A DNA stretch of 64,000 bases from an uncultured Gammaproteobacteria bacterium (GCA_964348895.1 CAYGEH010000001.1:246610-310609), one strand, 5' to 3'; counted from the first letter of the stretch, positions 39,803 to 49,747 are shown. A program made the numbers and translations. The notes: generated by a model not told the origin, from the letters alone.

Positions 39803-40237
39803 ATGAACAGTTTAAATGTTTTTACCGATGGTGGTGCTAGGGGTAATCCTGGTCCAGCCGGAATTGGTGTAATTATTAAAGATAGACAGAAAACAATCTT
39901 TTCTTATTGTGCTTATATCGGTCAAGCCACTAACAACGAGGCTGAATATCGAGCCCTGGAAAAGGCTTTTGATTGGTTAAGCCAGAATCGGTCCCTTCTT
40001 GCTGGCTTTGATTGTCTTAATTGCTATCTTGACTCGCTGCTTGTTGTTTCTCAGCTTTCTGGTCGCTATAAAATTAAAGCCATTAACCTTATAAATTTTA
40101 TAACCAAAATTAAAAATATTGAAAAAAGCTTATCGATTGAGGTTTTCTATCATTATATTCCCAGAAACAAAAACCAAGAGGCCGACGCCTTGGTTAATCA
40201 GGCCTTAGACGAAGCACTTACAAAAGATGGTTTTTGA
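39803..40237 (+). CDS. rnhA: Ribonuclease HI
   Basis: FTDGGARGNPGPAG DEDD-fold signature. Confidence 0.8.
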   Translation: MNSLNVFTDGGARGNPGPAGIGVIIKDRQKTIFSYCAYIGQATNNEAEYRALEKAFDWLSQNRSLLAGFDCLNCYLDSLLVVSQLSGRYKIKAINLINFITKIKNIEKSLSIEVFYHYIPRNKNQEADALVNQALDEALTKDGF

Positions 40238-41487
40238 TTGATTAGGTCTTCTTTCCCTCCATCTTTTGGGGAGACAAGAGTAATCGCTATCGCTATTCCC
40301 AAAAGTAAAAAGTTTTGTTGCAGGGTTAGCCAATAGTGATCAAATAAACCAGAAAAAATTATCATAAAAAACATCCAGCGCCAACCAACCTCAATCTTCA
40401 ACCAAAGCCTTTTGCCCCAAAAATAAGCCAGGATTAAGCCCAAAAGACCAGCTTCAGCCAATATTAATAAAAATAAATTGTGAACTGGCTGATAAAAATC
40501 AAAGGTTCCCCGAGAAAAAAATAACTGTCCTTGGGCTGGAATAAAGTTTCCTAAACCCCAACCAAAAAGTGGTCGCCGAACAAACAGTTGCCAAGCATTA
40601 TCAAGTAAAAACTGACGCTCCAAAACAGAGCGCCAAGCTACTATCTCCCAAGACAGCATCAGCCAAGTAAAAACGGCCAATAAAAAACCAGAAATTAAAA
40701 AGAACCACCAGCGGCCTAATTTTTTTAACCAAAAAAGTAAACCAGCAACCATTATCGTTAGCCAAACTGTTCCCGAAAAAGTAATTATTAAACAGCTACC
40801 AATAATGCTTAACCCTAAATAAAAAAGCTTCCCTAGTTTTTTAGTAAAAAAGCTTCTAAATCGCCAAAAAATAACTAAACTCACCAAAACAAAGCCTGCC
40901 AAAGAGTTGGCATGGGAGAAAGTAGCCATCGGCTGAACAAACAAGCGATCAAATAGGGTCATTTTTGCTACTCCTATAGTGCTAAGATTAAAAGATCTTT
41001 CTCCTAGCCACCAAAAGAATCCCTGAAAAGAACGCTGATAAAGAAGTTGTCCCCAAGATAAAAAGCTGGTTAGTAATAAACTGAAGAAAAGAGGCAACAA
41101 GAAAACTGGTAAAAAATTCTTGCGAAAATAAATAATCAAAAAACAAAACTCTAACCATTTAATTAAGCGATATCCTGCCAATAAGGGGCGATATGCCAGA
41201 AAAACACCAATCAACAACAAGAAAACGCTGGCTAAAATTAACCTCCAAGAAGCTTTTTTTTCTAACCAAAACGAAGACTCTAGGGCTAGTCTTAGAAGCC
41301 AAAATAATAACAAAAAGAAAATAATAATATCGGTAAAAAAAATCGTTGGCGACAAGAAGTCAACTCTTATTCCCCAAAAAAAAGACCAGCTCGGCCAAAA
41401 GAAATAGGCTAACTGGGTCGGCAGAAAAAAAAATAATAATCCCGCTAAGAAAAACTCAAACTTTTTTAGCGTCTTAATTGCTAGCAC
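40198..41487 (-). CDS. O-antigen ligase-like (Wzy_C family) polytopic membrane protein
   Basis: More than 10 TM helices with a large central loop. Flanks the flippase/epimerase locus. Confidence 0.5.
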   Translation of the reverse strand: MLAIKTLKKFEFFLAGLLFFFLPTQLAYFFWPSWSFFWGIRVDFLSPTIFFTDIIIFFLLLFWLLRLALESSFWLEKKASWRLILASVFLLLIGVFLAYRPLLAGYRLIKWLEFCFLIIYFRKNFLPVFLLPLFFSLLLTSFLSWGQLLYQRSFQGFFWWLGERSFNLSTIGVAKMTLFDRLFVQPMATFSHANSLAGFVLVSLVIFWRFRSFFTKKLGKLFYLGLSIIGSCLIITFSGTVWLTIMVAGLLFWLKKLGRWWFFLISGFLLAVFTWLMLSWEIVAWRSVLERQFLLDNAWQLFVRRPLFGWGLGNFIPAQGQLFFSRGTFDFYQPVHNLFLLILAEAGLLGLILAYFWGKRLWLKIEVGWRWMFFMIIFSGLFDHYWLTLQQNFLLLGIAIAITLVSPKDGGKEDLINQKPSFVSASSKA

Positions 41488-41953
41488 TCTCTGTTTGCTT
41501 AACGCTAATAATCAATTGTCTGCTTCTTCCTTCACCCTCAGAATAGGTTTCTATACTAGGATCCTCTTTAAACAGTAAATGGACTTGCCGTCTTTCTCCA
41601 GAGCTAAGATTGGCGATGGCGATTGACTGTCCGGTTGCTTTGGCTTGATCAATTGCTCGCTGAGCCATTTCTTTTATTTGAGACTGACGCTTTTCCCGAT
41701 AATTATCAACATCAACAACAATATGAAGCCATTGTCCGATTTTCTTATAAACCATTAGTCCCAAAATTGTCTGAATTGCTGACAGATTTCTGCCATGATA
41801 TCCAACCAAGAGAGCGTTATCACTTGAAGACAGCTTGGCCAAGGCGGTAGAACTGTCTTTGTCAAAGCTAACTTCGACTTGAGCTGAAACACCCATTCTC
41901 TCCAATAGCTCTTCCAGGGTTTTGGCAACACTTGTTAGTGTTTTTTTATTCAT
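41474..41953 (-). CDS. jag: Jag/KhpB (KH + R3H domain RNA-binding protein)
   Basis: Position after yidC and R3H-type C-terminus. Confidence 0.8.
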   Translation of the reverse strand: MNKKTLTSVAKTLEELLERMGVSAQVEVSFDKDSSTALAKLSSSDNALLVGYHGRNLSAIQTILGLMVYKKIGQWLHIVVDVDNYREKRQSQIKEMAQRAIDQAKATGQSIAIANLSSGERRQVHLLFKEDPSIETYSEGEGRSRQLIISVKQTESASN

Positions 41954-41957
41954 AAGT

Positions 41958-42713
41958 TCACTCTCCTTTTTCTTTTAAGCTTTTCTTTCTGACTATATAT
42001 TGTTGAATCAAGCCGGCAACAGAAAAAACAAACCAGTAAAGAGTTAAACCAGAGGGAAAACTAAAGCCAATAATAATTGTCATTAGGGGCATTAGATATG
42101 TCATTTGCTTCTGCATCGAGACCATCATATCGTCGCTTTTAGGGGGGGTTTTGTCCGCACTAATTTTTGCGCCCTTAATCGTCGGAGAGGATAGTCGAGC
42201 CGTAAAAACTTGAGCTGCCGCCGAAAGAACTAAAAAAACACCTGGTATTGTCCCCATTAATAAGTCTGGTTTAGTTAAATCAAGGTACCAAAAAGAAAAG
42301 TTTAAGCCTCCTTCTGGTAAAAAAATACCTCGATAAAGAAGATTAGAAAGCTGATCGGTCGTTTCAGGATTAAGAACTTTATTGAAAACCTGAAATAAAG
42401 CAATTAAGATTATCAATTGGGCAACAGAGGGTAAGCAACCAGCCGCTGGACTAACACCCTCAGATCGATACAATTCCATTTGAGCACGAGCAAGTTTTTC
42501 TTTGTTACCTTTATATTTCTTTTTTAGTTTCTCTAATCTAGGTGCCAACTGTCTCATTTTTTCGCCTGACTTCAAGCTGGGAATCATTACTGGTATTAAA
42601 ATTAATTTAATTAGAATTGTAACGACAACAATTCCCCAACCTAATGAACCAAAGAAGTTGGCAAATAAGACTAATAAATTCGCTAGAGGTTGAATAAAAA
42701 TTGCTTCAAACAT
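41958..42713 (-). CDS. yidC: Membrane protein insertase YidC (short Gram-positive-type)
   Basis: 5-TM Oxa1/YidC core, canonical synteny. Confidence 0.85.
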   Translation of the reverse strand: MFEAIFIQPLANLLVLFANFFGSLGWGIVVVTILIKLILIPVMIPSLKSGEKMRQLAPRLEKLKKKYKGNKEKLARAQMELYRSEGVSPAAGCLPSVAQLIILIALFQVFNKVLNPETTDQLSNLLYRGIFLPEGGLNFSFWYLDLTKPDLLMGTIPGVFLVLSAAAQVFTARLSSPTIKGAKISADKTPPKSDDMMVSMQKQMTYLMPLMTIIIGFSFPSGLTLYWFVFSVAGLIQQYIVRKKSLKEKGE

Positions 42714-42727
42714 AGAAATTTTTTAAT

Positions 42728-42964
42728 TTATTTTTTATCCCTAAAGACCCTTGTTGTCGGCGAAGGAAGATCAACTCCTCCTTTACTCCAAGGATGACAG
42801 CGCAAAACTCGAGCCAATCCCATTAAGCTGCCCCGTAGTATACCACGCTCCTCAATCGCCCAAGAACAATATTCCGAACAAGTCGGGGTAAACCGACAAG
42901 ATCGACCTAAAATCGGTGGCAGGGCTTGATAGAAAGAAATTAACTTAAGAAACAGCTTATTCAT
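42728..42964 (-). CDS. yidD: Membrane protein insertion efficiency factor YidD
   Basis: FTPTCSEYCSWAIE DUF37 signature. Confidence 0.85.
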   Translation of the reverse strand: MNKLFLKLISFYQALPPILGRSCRFTPTCSEYCSWAIEERGILRGSLMGLARVLRCHPWSKGGVDLPSPTTRVFRDKK

Positions 42965-43310
42965 CTTCCTTAAATAGTTTTATTTTTCTAAAAGCCTCTT
43001 CTACTGTTTCTGCTAACAAATCCTTGCTTTGACCTAAGGCTGCTCGCTTAATCAAAAAAACAACCCAGTGTCCATCTTTTAGGTTGTTTATTAGCTGGCG
43101 AACAGAACCAGCAATTAATCTTTTAGTTTTATTTCTAATCGTTGCTTGCTTACTAACCCGTCTAGACAGAACAAAGGCAAATTGACTTGGAGTTTTTTGA
43201 TCAGACAAATAAACAACCGCAAAAAATGGGGTTTGATAATGGCGACCACCACCCTTAACTCTGTCAATGCTTTTTTCAGGCAACCGGTGTTTCTTGGTTA
43301 ACATAGGCAT
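42957..43310 (-). CDS. rnpA: Ribonuclease P protein component
   Basis: Basic RnpA N-terminus KKHRLPEKSIDRV; synteny rpmH-rnpA-yidD-yidC. Confidence 0.85.
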   Translation of the reverse strand: MPMLTKKHRLPEKSIDRVKGGGRHYQTPFFAVVYLSDQKTPSQFAFVLSRRVSKQATIRNKTKRLIAGSVRQLINNLKDGHWVVFLIKRAALGQSKDLLAETVEEAFRKIKLFKEDE

Positions 43311-43342
43311 TGTTTGTCCTCTTTAAAGAAAGAAGAGGGTTG

Positions 43343-43495
43343 TTATTTACTTGAAGAAACCGTCAGTTGCCGTCTTCCTTTGCTGCGACGTTTTTTTAGA
43401 ATTTTGCGACCACCGACACTCTTCATTCGGCTTAAAAAGCCATGTCTTCTGGCTCGACGCTTTTTTTTAGGTTGGTAGGTTCTTTTGGTTGCCAT
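43343..43495 (-). CDS. rpmH: 50S ribosomal protein L34 (50 aa: [50 protein letters not shown])
   Basis: Hand-translated; near-invariant L34 N-terminus MxxKRTYQPxxxxRxRxHGF. Below the ORF-track size cutoff. Confidence 0.85.
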   Translation of the reverse strand: MATKRTYQPKKKRRARRHGFLSRMKSVGGRKILKKRRSKGRRQLTVSSSK

Positions 43496-43735
43496 AAATT
43501 ACTCTCAATTTATATCACAATTTGAAATTTGATTCAACCTGAAGTTTTAAGTTAATTTTTTGTTTCAAAATAAAACTAATCAAAAAAAATTAAAAACGTC
43601 AATCTCTTAAGATGAGAAAAATATTTTTTAGTTTCGCCGTTTCGGTTTTTTTAACTTTCTCCTCTCTTTAATCGTAATTATTTCGCTTCTTGTACTCTAT
43701 CAGAGAATCCTTTATTATAAAAACTTAAGGCAAAT

Positions 43736-45145
43736 ATGTTAACTCGCCAGTCCCTCCTCAAATTATTAAAAATTCCGTCGCTCTTAAATAAAAAATGGTT
43801 TGTTAGTTCTCTTTTTTTTGCCCTTGTTGTTCTCCTTTCTTTAGGTCTGGGGGCAACGGGTGGCTTTCTTTATCAAAACTGGCAAAACAGAAATAAAACT
43901 GATGCTGTCTTGGGCCAAGAGAGAAGCTCGTATTTGGTTTTTACCGAAGAAATTTATCATAAAATTAAAAATAATCACTGGAAGGTAACTTCCGAAGAAG
44001 ATCTGGTTAATCTTTATTTCTTGGCAATTGAAAAACTAACTGGTCAAATTCAGGCCTCCTCCCCTCAAGATTTGTCTTCTCTTTTGGTTTCAGTTGAAAA
44101 TATCTTAGAACAAATTGAAACAGAAGAGGCGAGAGAAGATTTTGTTGTTCAACTTAATAATTTAGTTCTTAACAATCTAGAACCTTTCGGACGAAGTCAG
44201 CTTTATCGTCAAAAAGAGGAACAAGAATTAAACGACATGGTTCTTAATGTGGCCAAACAAGATCATTATCAAGTTCTAGGCCTTAATAAAGAAGCTTCTC
44301 AAGAAGAAATATCTCAAGCTCACCAAAACCTAAACCAAACCCTAAGTCAAGACAGTACCCCCGAAGCCAAAGAAAAATTAGCTCAAGTTGGCCAAGCCTA
44401 TCGAATTTTAGGTAATGAATCTGCTCGCCAAATTTATGATGTTTCTGGCGTTGAGCCTACTATAGAGTATCGGCTTATTCGCAACAACATTTTTCATCTT
44501 CATTTGAAAAGCTTTTCTCCTGCCACCTTCGACGAATTACAAAGAGCAACTCAGAAAGTTCAGGGATTACCAGGAGTTGACACTCTAGTTCTCGACCTTC
44601 GCAACAATATTGGCGGAGCAATCGACAACCTGCCCTACCTTCTGGGACCCTTTATTGGCCAAGACAGACACGCCTACCAGTTCTTTCATCAAGGAAAAAG
44701 AATCGACTATAAAACTCGTATTGGTTGGCTCCCCAGTTTATTTCAGTATAAAAAAGTGGTTATTTTAATCAACGAAAACTCTCAAAGTTCGGCCGAAGTA
44801 GTCGCCTCTGTTTTGAAAAAATATAATGTTGGTGTTTTAGTTGGTAATACTACTCGTGGTTGGGGAACCGTAGAAAAAATTTTCCGATTAGAAACCCAAA
44901 TTAATCAAAACGAAACCTATTCTTTGTTTTTGGCGCATAGTCTTACTCTAAGAGAAGATGGTCAGCCAATCGAGGGACTAGGGGTTGAGCCACACATTTT
45001 TACCTCAAACCCTAATTGGCAAAGAGACCTTTATTCTTATTTGCCAGATCAAAACATTGTTGACACAGTAGAGCAAATTCTAGCAGAAAGCAATCCGACC
45101 CCTCTTGAACTCAATAAAGAAACTCCCAGCGAAGACAAAGAATAA
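43736..45145 (+). CDS. Membrane-anchored protein with a J-like domain (no HPD) fused to an S41 (C-terminal processing) peptidase domain
   Basis: J-like DHYQVLGLNKEASQEEISQAHQNL...QAYRILGNESARQIYD. S41 LDLRNNIGG and SQSSAEV serine motif. Confidence 0.65.
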   Translation: MLTRQSLLKLLKIPSLLNKKWFVSSLFFALVVLLSLGLGATGGFLYQNWQNRNKTDAVLGQERSSYLVFTEEIYHKIKNNHWKVTSEEDLVNLYFLAIEKLTGQIQASSPQDLSSLLVSVENILEQIETEEAREDFVVQLNNLVLNNLEPFGRSQLYRQKEEQELNDMVLNVAKQDHYQVLGLNKEASQEEISQAHQNLNQTLSQDSTPEAKEKLAQVGQAYRILGNESARQIYDVSGVEPTIEYRLIRNNIFHLHLKSFSPATFDELQRATQKVQGLPGVDTLVLDLRNNIGGAIDNLPYLLGPFIGQDRHAYQFFHQGKRIDYKTRIGWLPSLFQYKKVVILINENSQSSAEVVASVLKKYNVGVLVGNTTRGWGTVEKIFRLETQINQNETYSLFLAHSLTLREDGQPIEGLGVEPHIFTSNPNWQRDLYSYLPDQNIVDTVEQILAESNPTPLELNKETPSEDKE

Positions 45146-45274
45146 GTCTTTTTTTAAGCTAAAAGCTATCAAAAATTAAAAGAATTATTATTTTAGTTTA
45201 AAGCCTTGAAAATCCCCCCAGTTTCTGATATTATAGGTAATTAGCCTGCCTTGTTGATCGCTCTATAAAACATA

Positions 45275-45817
45275 ATGGCTAACGAAACAGAAAGAATTGT
45301 TCCTCCAGGAGTTAAATTATTTCAAGCAACCACTAAAGCTGTTAATGAATGGGGGCAGAGACGACAAAAAAGACTAGAGGAGACCAAGATTGAGAAGCAC
45401 GGTGGCCACCCTCGATCAAGAAGAGAAATAGCTCAAATTCAAAAAACGGGATCTACAGAAAGAGGCTCATTTATTGCTCGAGAAATGTCTTCGGTTCTAC
45501 CAGGAGCAAGCAAGGGGTTTCTTGAAGATTTTGGCGACCATATTAATAGTTGTCTTCAAGGAGATAATTTATCTGAACAATTAAAAAAAGTTGGACAAGG
45601 TCTAGAAACTCTAAATGAGGAACAAATTAATTTAGCTTTTGAATTTCATAAATTAAGACAGGGTCTTGCCCAAAATTCTAGTCAAGCTAGTTTTTTTCGA
45701 CAAGAACTAGCTAAATTTAACTCGGCAAGTATTAATCAAATACCAGAGAATAGTTTTTTATCTGGTCTTTTTAGAAGCATCAGTAATCGCTATCCTGATC
45801 CCAGAAGCATAAGGTAA
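45275..45817 (+). CDS. Hypothetical protein
   Basis: 180-aa ORF, no motif. Confidence 0.35.
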   Translation: MANETERIVPPGVKLFQATTKAVNEWGQRRQKRLEETKIEKHGGHPRSRREIAQIQKTGSTERGSFIAREMSSVLPGASKGFLEDFGDHINSCLQGDNLSEQLKKVGQGLETLNEEQINLAFEFHKLRQGLAQNSSQASFFRQELAKFNSASINQIPENSFLSGLFRSISNRYPDPRSIR

Positions 45818-45970
45818 AATATCGTTAATTATAAAAAGCTTTTTTACTTCTTTTAGTAGATCTTTCCTATAGAATTATAAAGATCATGTCTTTTTTTTAA
45901 TAATTCTTTAATAATTCCTTGTAATTTAAGTTCTTGTTAATCTAAGTTTTTTTCTATAAAATAATTTATT

Positions 45971-46441
45971 ATGATCAAAAAGACAGAAACCAAAAACTCT
46001 TCTTCTAAAATTTATCGGTCGGAACAAAATCGTATTTTAGCTGGAGTTGCTGGGGGAATTGGCGAATATTTTACTCTTGACCCTGTTTTAATTAGAATCA
46101 TTCTTGTTTTAATTGGTTTATCTGGTGGAGGTGGAATAATTCTTTATTTGGTTTTGTGGCTAATTATCCCTGGTCAACCAGAAAACAGCGCTTCAAACAA
46201 TCAGGAAAACTTAAAGAAAAACGCCCAAGAAATTAAAGATCAAACTAAAAAATATCTCGAGGACGCTCGAGGAGTTTTTCAAAAAAAAGAAGCTAGGGTT
46301 TGGCTTGGCTTTAGTTTAGTTTTCTTGGGTTTTTATTTTATTTTGATGAACTTTGGTTTTTTAACAAGATTTTTAAGTTTTTTTCAGCTTTGGCCACTAT
46401 TATTGGTCGGTCTTGGTCTGGCTCTGCTTTTCCGCTCTTAA
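45971..46441 (+). CDS. PspC domain-containing membrane protein
   Basis: RSEQNRILAGVAGGIGEYFTLDPVLIRIILV PspC signature. Confidence 0.75.
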   Translation: MIKKTETKNSSSKIYRSEQNRILAGVAGGIGEYFTLDPVLIRIILVLIGLSGGGGIILYLVLWLIIPGQPENSASNNQENLKKNAQEIKDQTKKYLEDARGVFQKKEARVWLGFSLVFLGFYFILMNFGFLTRFLSFFQLWPLLLVGLGLALLFRS

Positions 46442-46447
46442 AATCTT

Positions 46448-47425
46448 ATGAGAAAAATTGTCTGGCCCCGAATCTTTATTCTTGTTGGAATTCTTTTTCT
46501 CTCTAATAGTCTTGGTTTTTTTTCTTGGTCAACCTGGAGCTTTCTTTGGCGTTTTTGGCCCATTGTTTTGGTTTTGGCTGGTCTGAGGTTAATCTTTAGT
46601 CGTTCTTTTTGGACAAAGTTTGTTCTTATTTCTCTCAACCTAATTATAGCTGGAAGTATTTTTTCTTTATTTTTAGCCTGGGCTAAACCAGTTATAGCTC
46701 CTCACTGGCTCTCTTTTAGAAAAGAAACAGCTCGCTGGTCAAAAGAGGCTTTCCCTCAAGAAAGAAAACAAGAATTTATTATTACCGACAAAGACTATCC
46801 CAATTTAAGCAAAAAAAGTGTCACTATTGATCTTGATTTTGGCCAACTAGATCTTTCTGATCAACAGGACAGTCCGAATTTATTTTGGCTTTTTTCTCAA
46901 TACCAATACCCCTTTGGTGTTCCCCAAGTAAACACTGATCTCATCCAAAAAGAAGAAAAAATCATCATTAATTTTAGCAATTATCAAGGGGGGGTTATCC
47001 CTCCTAGTCGATTAACCAACAAAATGCGCTACCAAGCAGTTTTGGGTAAAACTAATTTACCCCTCCAGCTTACACTAAACACAAATATTGGCCAAGCTCA
47101 AATCCATCTAAAAGAAACTCCAGTTGAAAAACTAACTCTTGGAGTTGGCACTGGAAAAACTAAAATTGAATTATCTAAATTCTCCTTGCCTCAAGATAAG
47201 CTCATAATTAATTTAGAGGCCGGCGAAGCAGAGGTCACTCTCCCTGCAAAAACCAAAATCAAGCTTCACTACAGCCTAGAGACTGGAAGAATTAACCTCA
47301 ACGAAGAAAGGCTTATCGAGTCAGACCAAAGCAAAAGCCTCTCTTTTGGTCAAAACGACTGGCCTGAAGTGATAATTGAGGCTAGGGTTGGCAGTGGCGC
47401 CCTTACAATAAAAAATCGCCAATAA
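46448..47425 (+). CDS. Membrane protein with C-terminal beta-rich domain (LiaF/DUF4097-like partner of PspC)
   Basis: 3-4 N-terminal TMs. Adjacent to, and 6 nt after, the PspC gene. Confidence 0.4.
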   Translation: MRKIVWPRIFILVGILFLSNSLGFFSWSTWSFLWRFWPIVLVLAGLRLIFSRSFWTKFVLISLNLIIAGSIFSLFLAWAKPVIAPHWLSFRKETARWSKEAFPQERKQEFIITDKDYPNLSKKSVTIDLDFGQLDLSDQQDSPNLFWLFSQYQYPFGVPQVNTDLIQKEEKIIINFSNYQGGVIPPSRLTNKMRYQAVLGKTNLPLQLTLNTNIGQAQIHLKETPVEKLTLGVGTGKTKIELSKFSLPQDKLIINLEAGEAEVTLPAKTKIKLHYSLETGRINLNEERLIESDQSKSLSFGQNDWPEVIIEARVGSGALTIKNRQ

Positions 47426-47476
47426 AGGTTTGCTCTTTTATCGGTAGATAAAAACGTTAATGTTATAATCTTTTTA

Positions 47477-48460
47477 ATGACTAATCGGCCACGAGTCTTT
47501 TCTGGCATCAAACCCACTGGCAATCTTCATTTGGGGAATTACATTGGCGCTATCAGTCAGTGGATAAAAATACAAGATCAATATGACTGTTTTTTCTGTA
47601 TTGTTGATCTTCATGCTATTACCGTTTCTCAAGACCCCAAACAATTAGCCGAAAAAACCAAGGAGCTCGCCTCTTTATATCTTGCTTGTGGGCTTGATCC
47701 AAAAAAATCAACCATTTTTATTCAATCTCATAATCCTGACCATACTAGCTTAGCCTGGATTTTGAATTGTCTTGCTTCAATGGGCCAATTGGCAAGAATG
47801 ACTCAATATAAAGCTAAAATTAAAAAAACTAATGCTGGTGTTGGTCTTTTTAATTATCCTCTTCTGATGGCGGCTGATATTTTGCTTTACCAAACTGATT
47901 TGGTTCCAGTAGGAGAAGATCAAAAACAACACATAGAATTGGCTCGAGACTTGGCAGAAAAGTTTAATTCTTCTTTCGGATCAGCCTTTAAAATACCAAA
48001 ACCAAAAATACTCTCAATGGGGGCAAAAATTATGTCCTTACAAAACCCAACTCAAAAAATGAGCAAATCTTTTCAGGATAAAAAGGGAACAATCGATTTG
48101 CTGGACACACCAAAGGAAATATCAACTAAAGTTATGGCCGCAATTACTGATTCTGATCAAGAAATTAAAGCCAGTGTTGAAAAACCAGGAATCACTAATT
48201 TATTAGTTCTTTACTCTGCTGTTAGTGGTCAAACCATTAACCAGCTAGAACAACAATATCAAAACAAAAACTATGGTCAGCTTAAAGCTAATCTCGCAAA
48301 AACAATCGTTGATTTTCTAGCACCAATTCAACAGCGATATCAAATAATTCGCCAAAACGAAAAAGAGCTAAACACCATTCTTAAAGAGGGGGCAGAGAGA
48401 GCTAAAAGAATTTCTCGAATAACCCTAAGTGAGGCTCAGAAAAAAATGGGACTAGAATAA
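47477..48460 (+). CDS. trpS: Tryptophan--tRNA ligase
   Basis: GIKPTGNLHLGNY and KMSKS motifs. Confidence 0.9.
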   Translation: MTNRPRVFSGIKPTGNLHLGNYIGAISQWIKIQDQYDCFFCIVDLHAITVSQDPKQLAEKTKELASLYLACGLDPKKSTIFIQSHNPDHTSLAWILNCLASMGQLARMTQYKAKIKKTNAGVGLFNYPLLMAADILLYQTDLVPVGEDQKQHIELARDLAEKFNSSFGSAFKIPKPKILSMGAKIMSLQNPTQKMSKSFQDKKGTIDLLDTPKEISTKVMAAITDSDQEIKASVEKPGITNLLVLYSAVSGQTINQLEQQYQNKNYGQLKANLAKTIVDFLAPIQQRYQIIRQNEKELNTILKEGAERAKRISRITLSEAQKKMGLE

Positions 48461-48504
48461 ACTTGCTACTTGAAAAATAAAGCTTATAGTAGTATCATTC
48501 CTCT

Positions 48505-49260
48505 ATGTCTAGAAGAATAGAATCGGCTTCAGGCTTGGGTGAAACACAAGATCCGTTTCGTTTGCCCCTTTCAAGTTCTGATTTAGCTAGGCAACTGCCT
48601 GAACAATCTTGGCCTAATTCTCTCAAATCGTCTTCTAATTACGAAACAGCAAGAACTCTTTTTTGTAGAACAAGTCTTTCTCCTGAAGAAGGCGACGGAG
48701 AAAGTAAAGCGTTGGGCAAGACTGGTCAAGCCCTTGAAGGTTTGGGCATTCGTCAAAGAGTAGAAGAGCTTTTTATTTTTTATTTGACTCTCTTTGGTGA
48801 TGAGACAGACAGGCTAAATTCGAAAGGGAAAATAAGACCCAATAATCAATCCATCGAACAAATAATAAGCGCTGTTTGTTCTAGCTATGGGACTAAACAG
48901 AATTCTGACCTTATTATCGCGGATGGGGCAACCATTAACACCCCTAGAAATGGGGTTCTTCAAGACAACGCTTCCCCAAATCAACCTATTCCAGAGATTT
49001 ACTATCGTGATCCAGGAACATTTATTGCTGAATGCTTAAAACAACTTGATGAAAGCGGGGTCCTTCTGGCCAAAGAAAGAGCTATAATCACTAAATGCTT
49101 TTGTTCTTTAGTTGGGTCTCTCGTCAACGAAAAATTCAAAATTTCTAAAAAACCTGAAAGCCAAGTAGCACATTTGGGAACTGTTCCTGGTCGTCGATCA
49201 CACACAAATGGTGGTCAAAGACAAAATGGCACTGGATTTCGTAGAAATCCTTCTTTGTAG
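48505..49260 (+). CDS. Hypothetical protein containing an internal block homologous to the duplicated 411-aa secreted protein
   Basis: ADGATINTPRNGVLQDNASPNQ versus AAGGATINTFRNGVLQDNTSPDTW, with about 85% nucleotide identity over about 60 nt. Confidence 0.35.
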   Translation: MSRRIESASGLGETQDPFRLPLSSSDLARQLPEQSWPNSLKSSSNYETARTLFCRTSLSPEEGDGESKALGKTGQALEGLGIRQRVEELFIFYLTLFGDETDRLNSKGKIRPNNQSIEQIISAVCSSYGTKQNSDLIIADGATINTPRNGVLQDNASPNQPIPEIYYRDPGTFIAECLKQLDESGVLLAKERAIITKCFCSLVGSLVNEKFKISKKPESQVAHLGTVPGRRSHTNGGQRQNGTGFRRNPSL

Positions 49261-49315
49261 TTCTCTATATCACCAGTCGATCTTTTCTTCCTTGCAAAAA
49301 GCATTAAGTGTAATC

Positions 49316-49747
49316 TTAGCGATTAACAACTAACTGTTTTTCTTCATCCCAACACTCTCTGGCAAGATTATTCGGAAAGTTAGTTTCTGTCAAAACCTGA
49401 CAACTTGGCAACCCTTGACCGTCATGAACTAGTTGCCAATTTTCACCTTGACGAGCCAGCCACAACCAAACCCTGTCGTCACCAGAAAAACTAACCGAAC
49501 CACGAGCATAATTTCCCTCAATCTCCCAGGAAGAAAGATTAATCTTGTCTTGAGATTGATTATGATTTTTTAATAAAGCGTTTTTTATGGCAGTTTGGTC
49601 AAATTCAACCCCTGGTTCTGGTGAATCAACAGCATCTCTTAGCGAAATCGGAGCAAAATTGTCTCCTTGTCGATTAAACCACCAAAAGAACCCTAAAATT
49701 AAAAAAACTAAAACAAAAAGAGCAACCAAAACTCCATTTTCTTTCAT
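49316..49747 (-). CDS. Hypothetical membrane-anchored small secreted protein
   Basis: N-terminal TM VLVALFVLVFLILGFFWWF. Confidence 0.4.
   Translation of the reverse strand: MKENGVLVALFVLVFLILGFFWWFNRQGDNFAPISLRDAVDSPEPGVEFDQTAIKNALLKNHNQSQDKINLSSWEIEGNYARGSVSFSGDDRVWLWLARQGENWQLVHDGQGLPSCQVLTETNFPNNLARECWDEEKQLVVNR

Noticed and set aside
43496-43735. oriC/DnaA-box cluster upstream of rpmH (canonical dnaA-rpmH neighbourhood)
   Set aside because: No dnaA gene and no convincing TTATCCACA-like 9-mers in the 240-bp intergenic region; only AT-richness.
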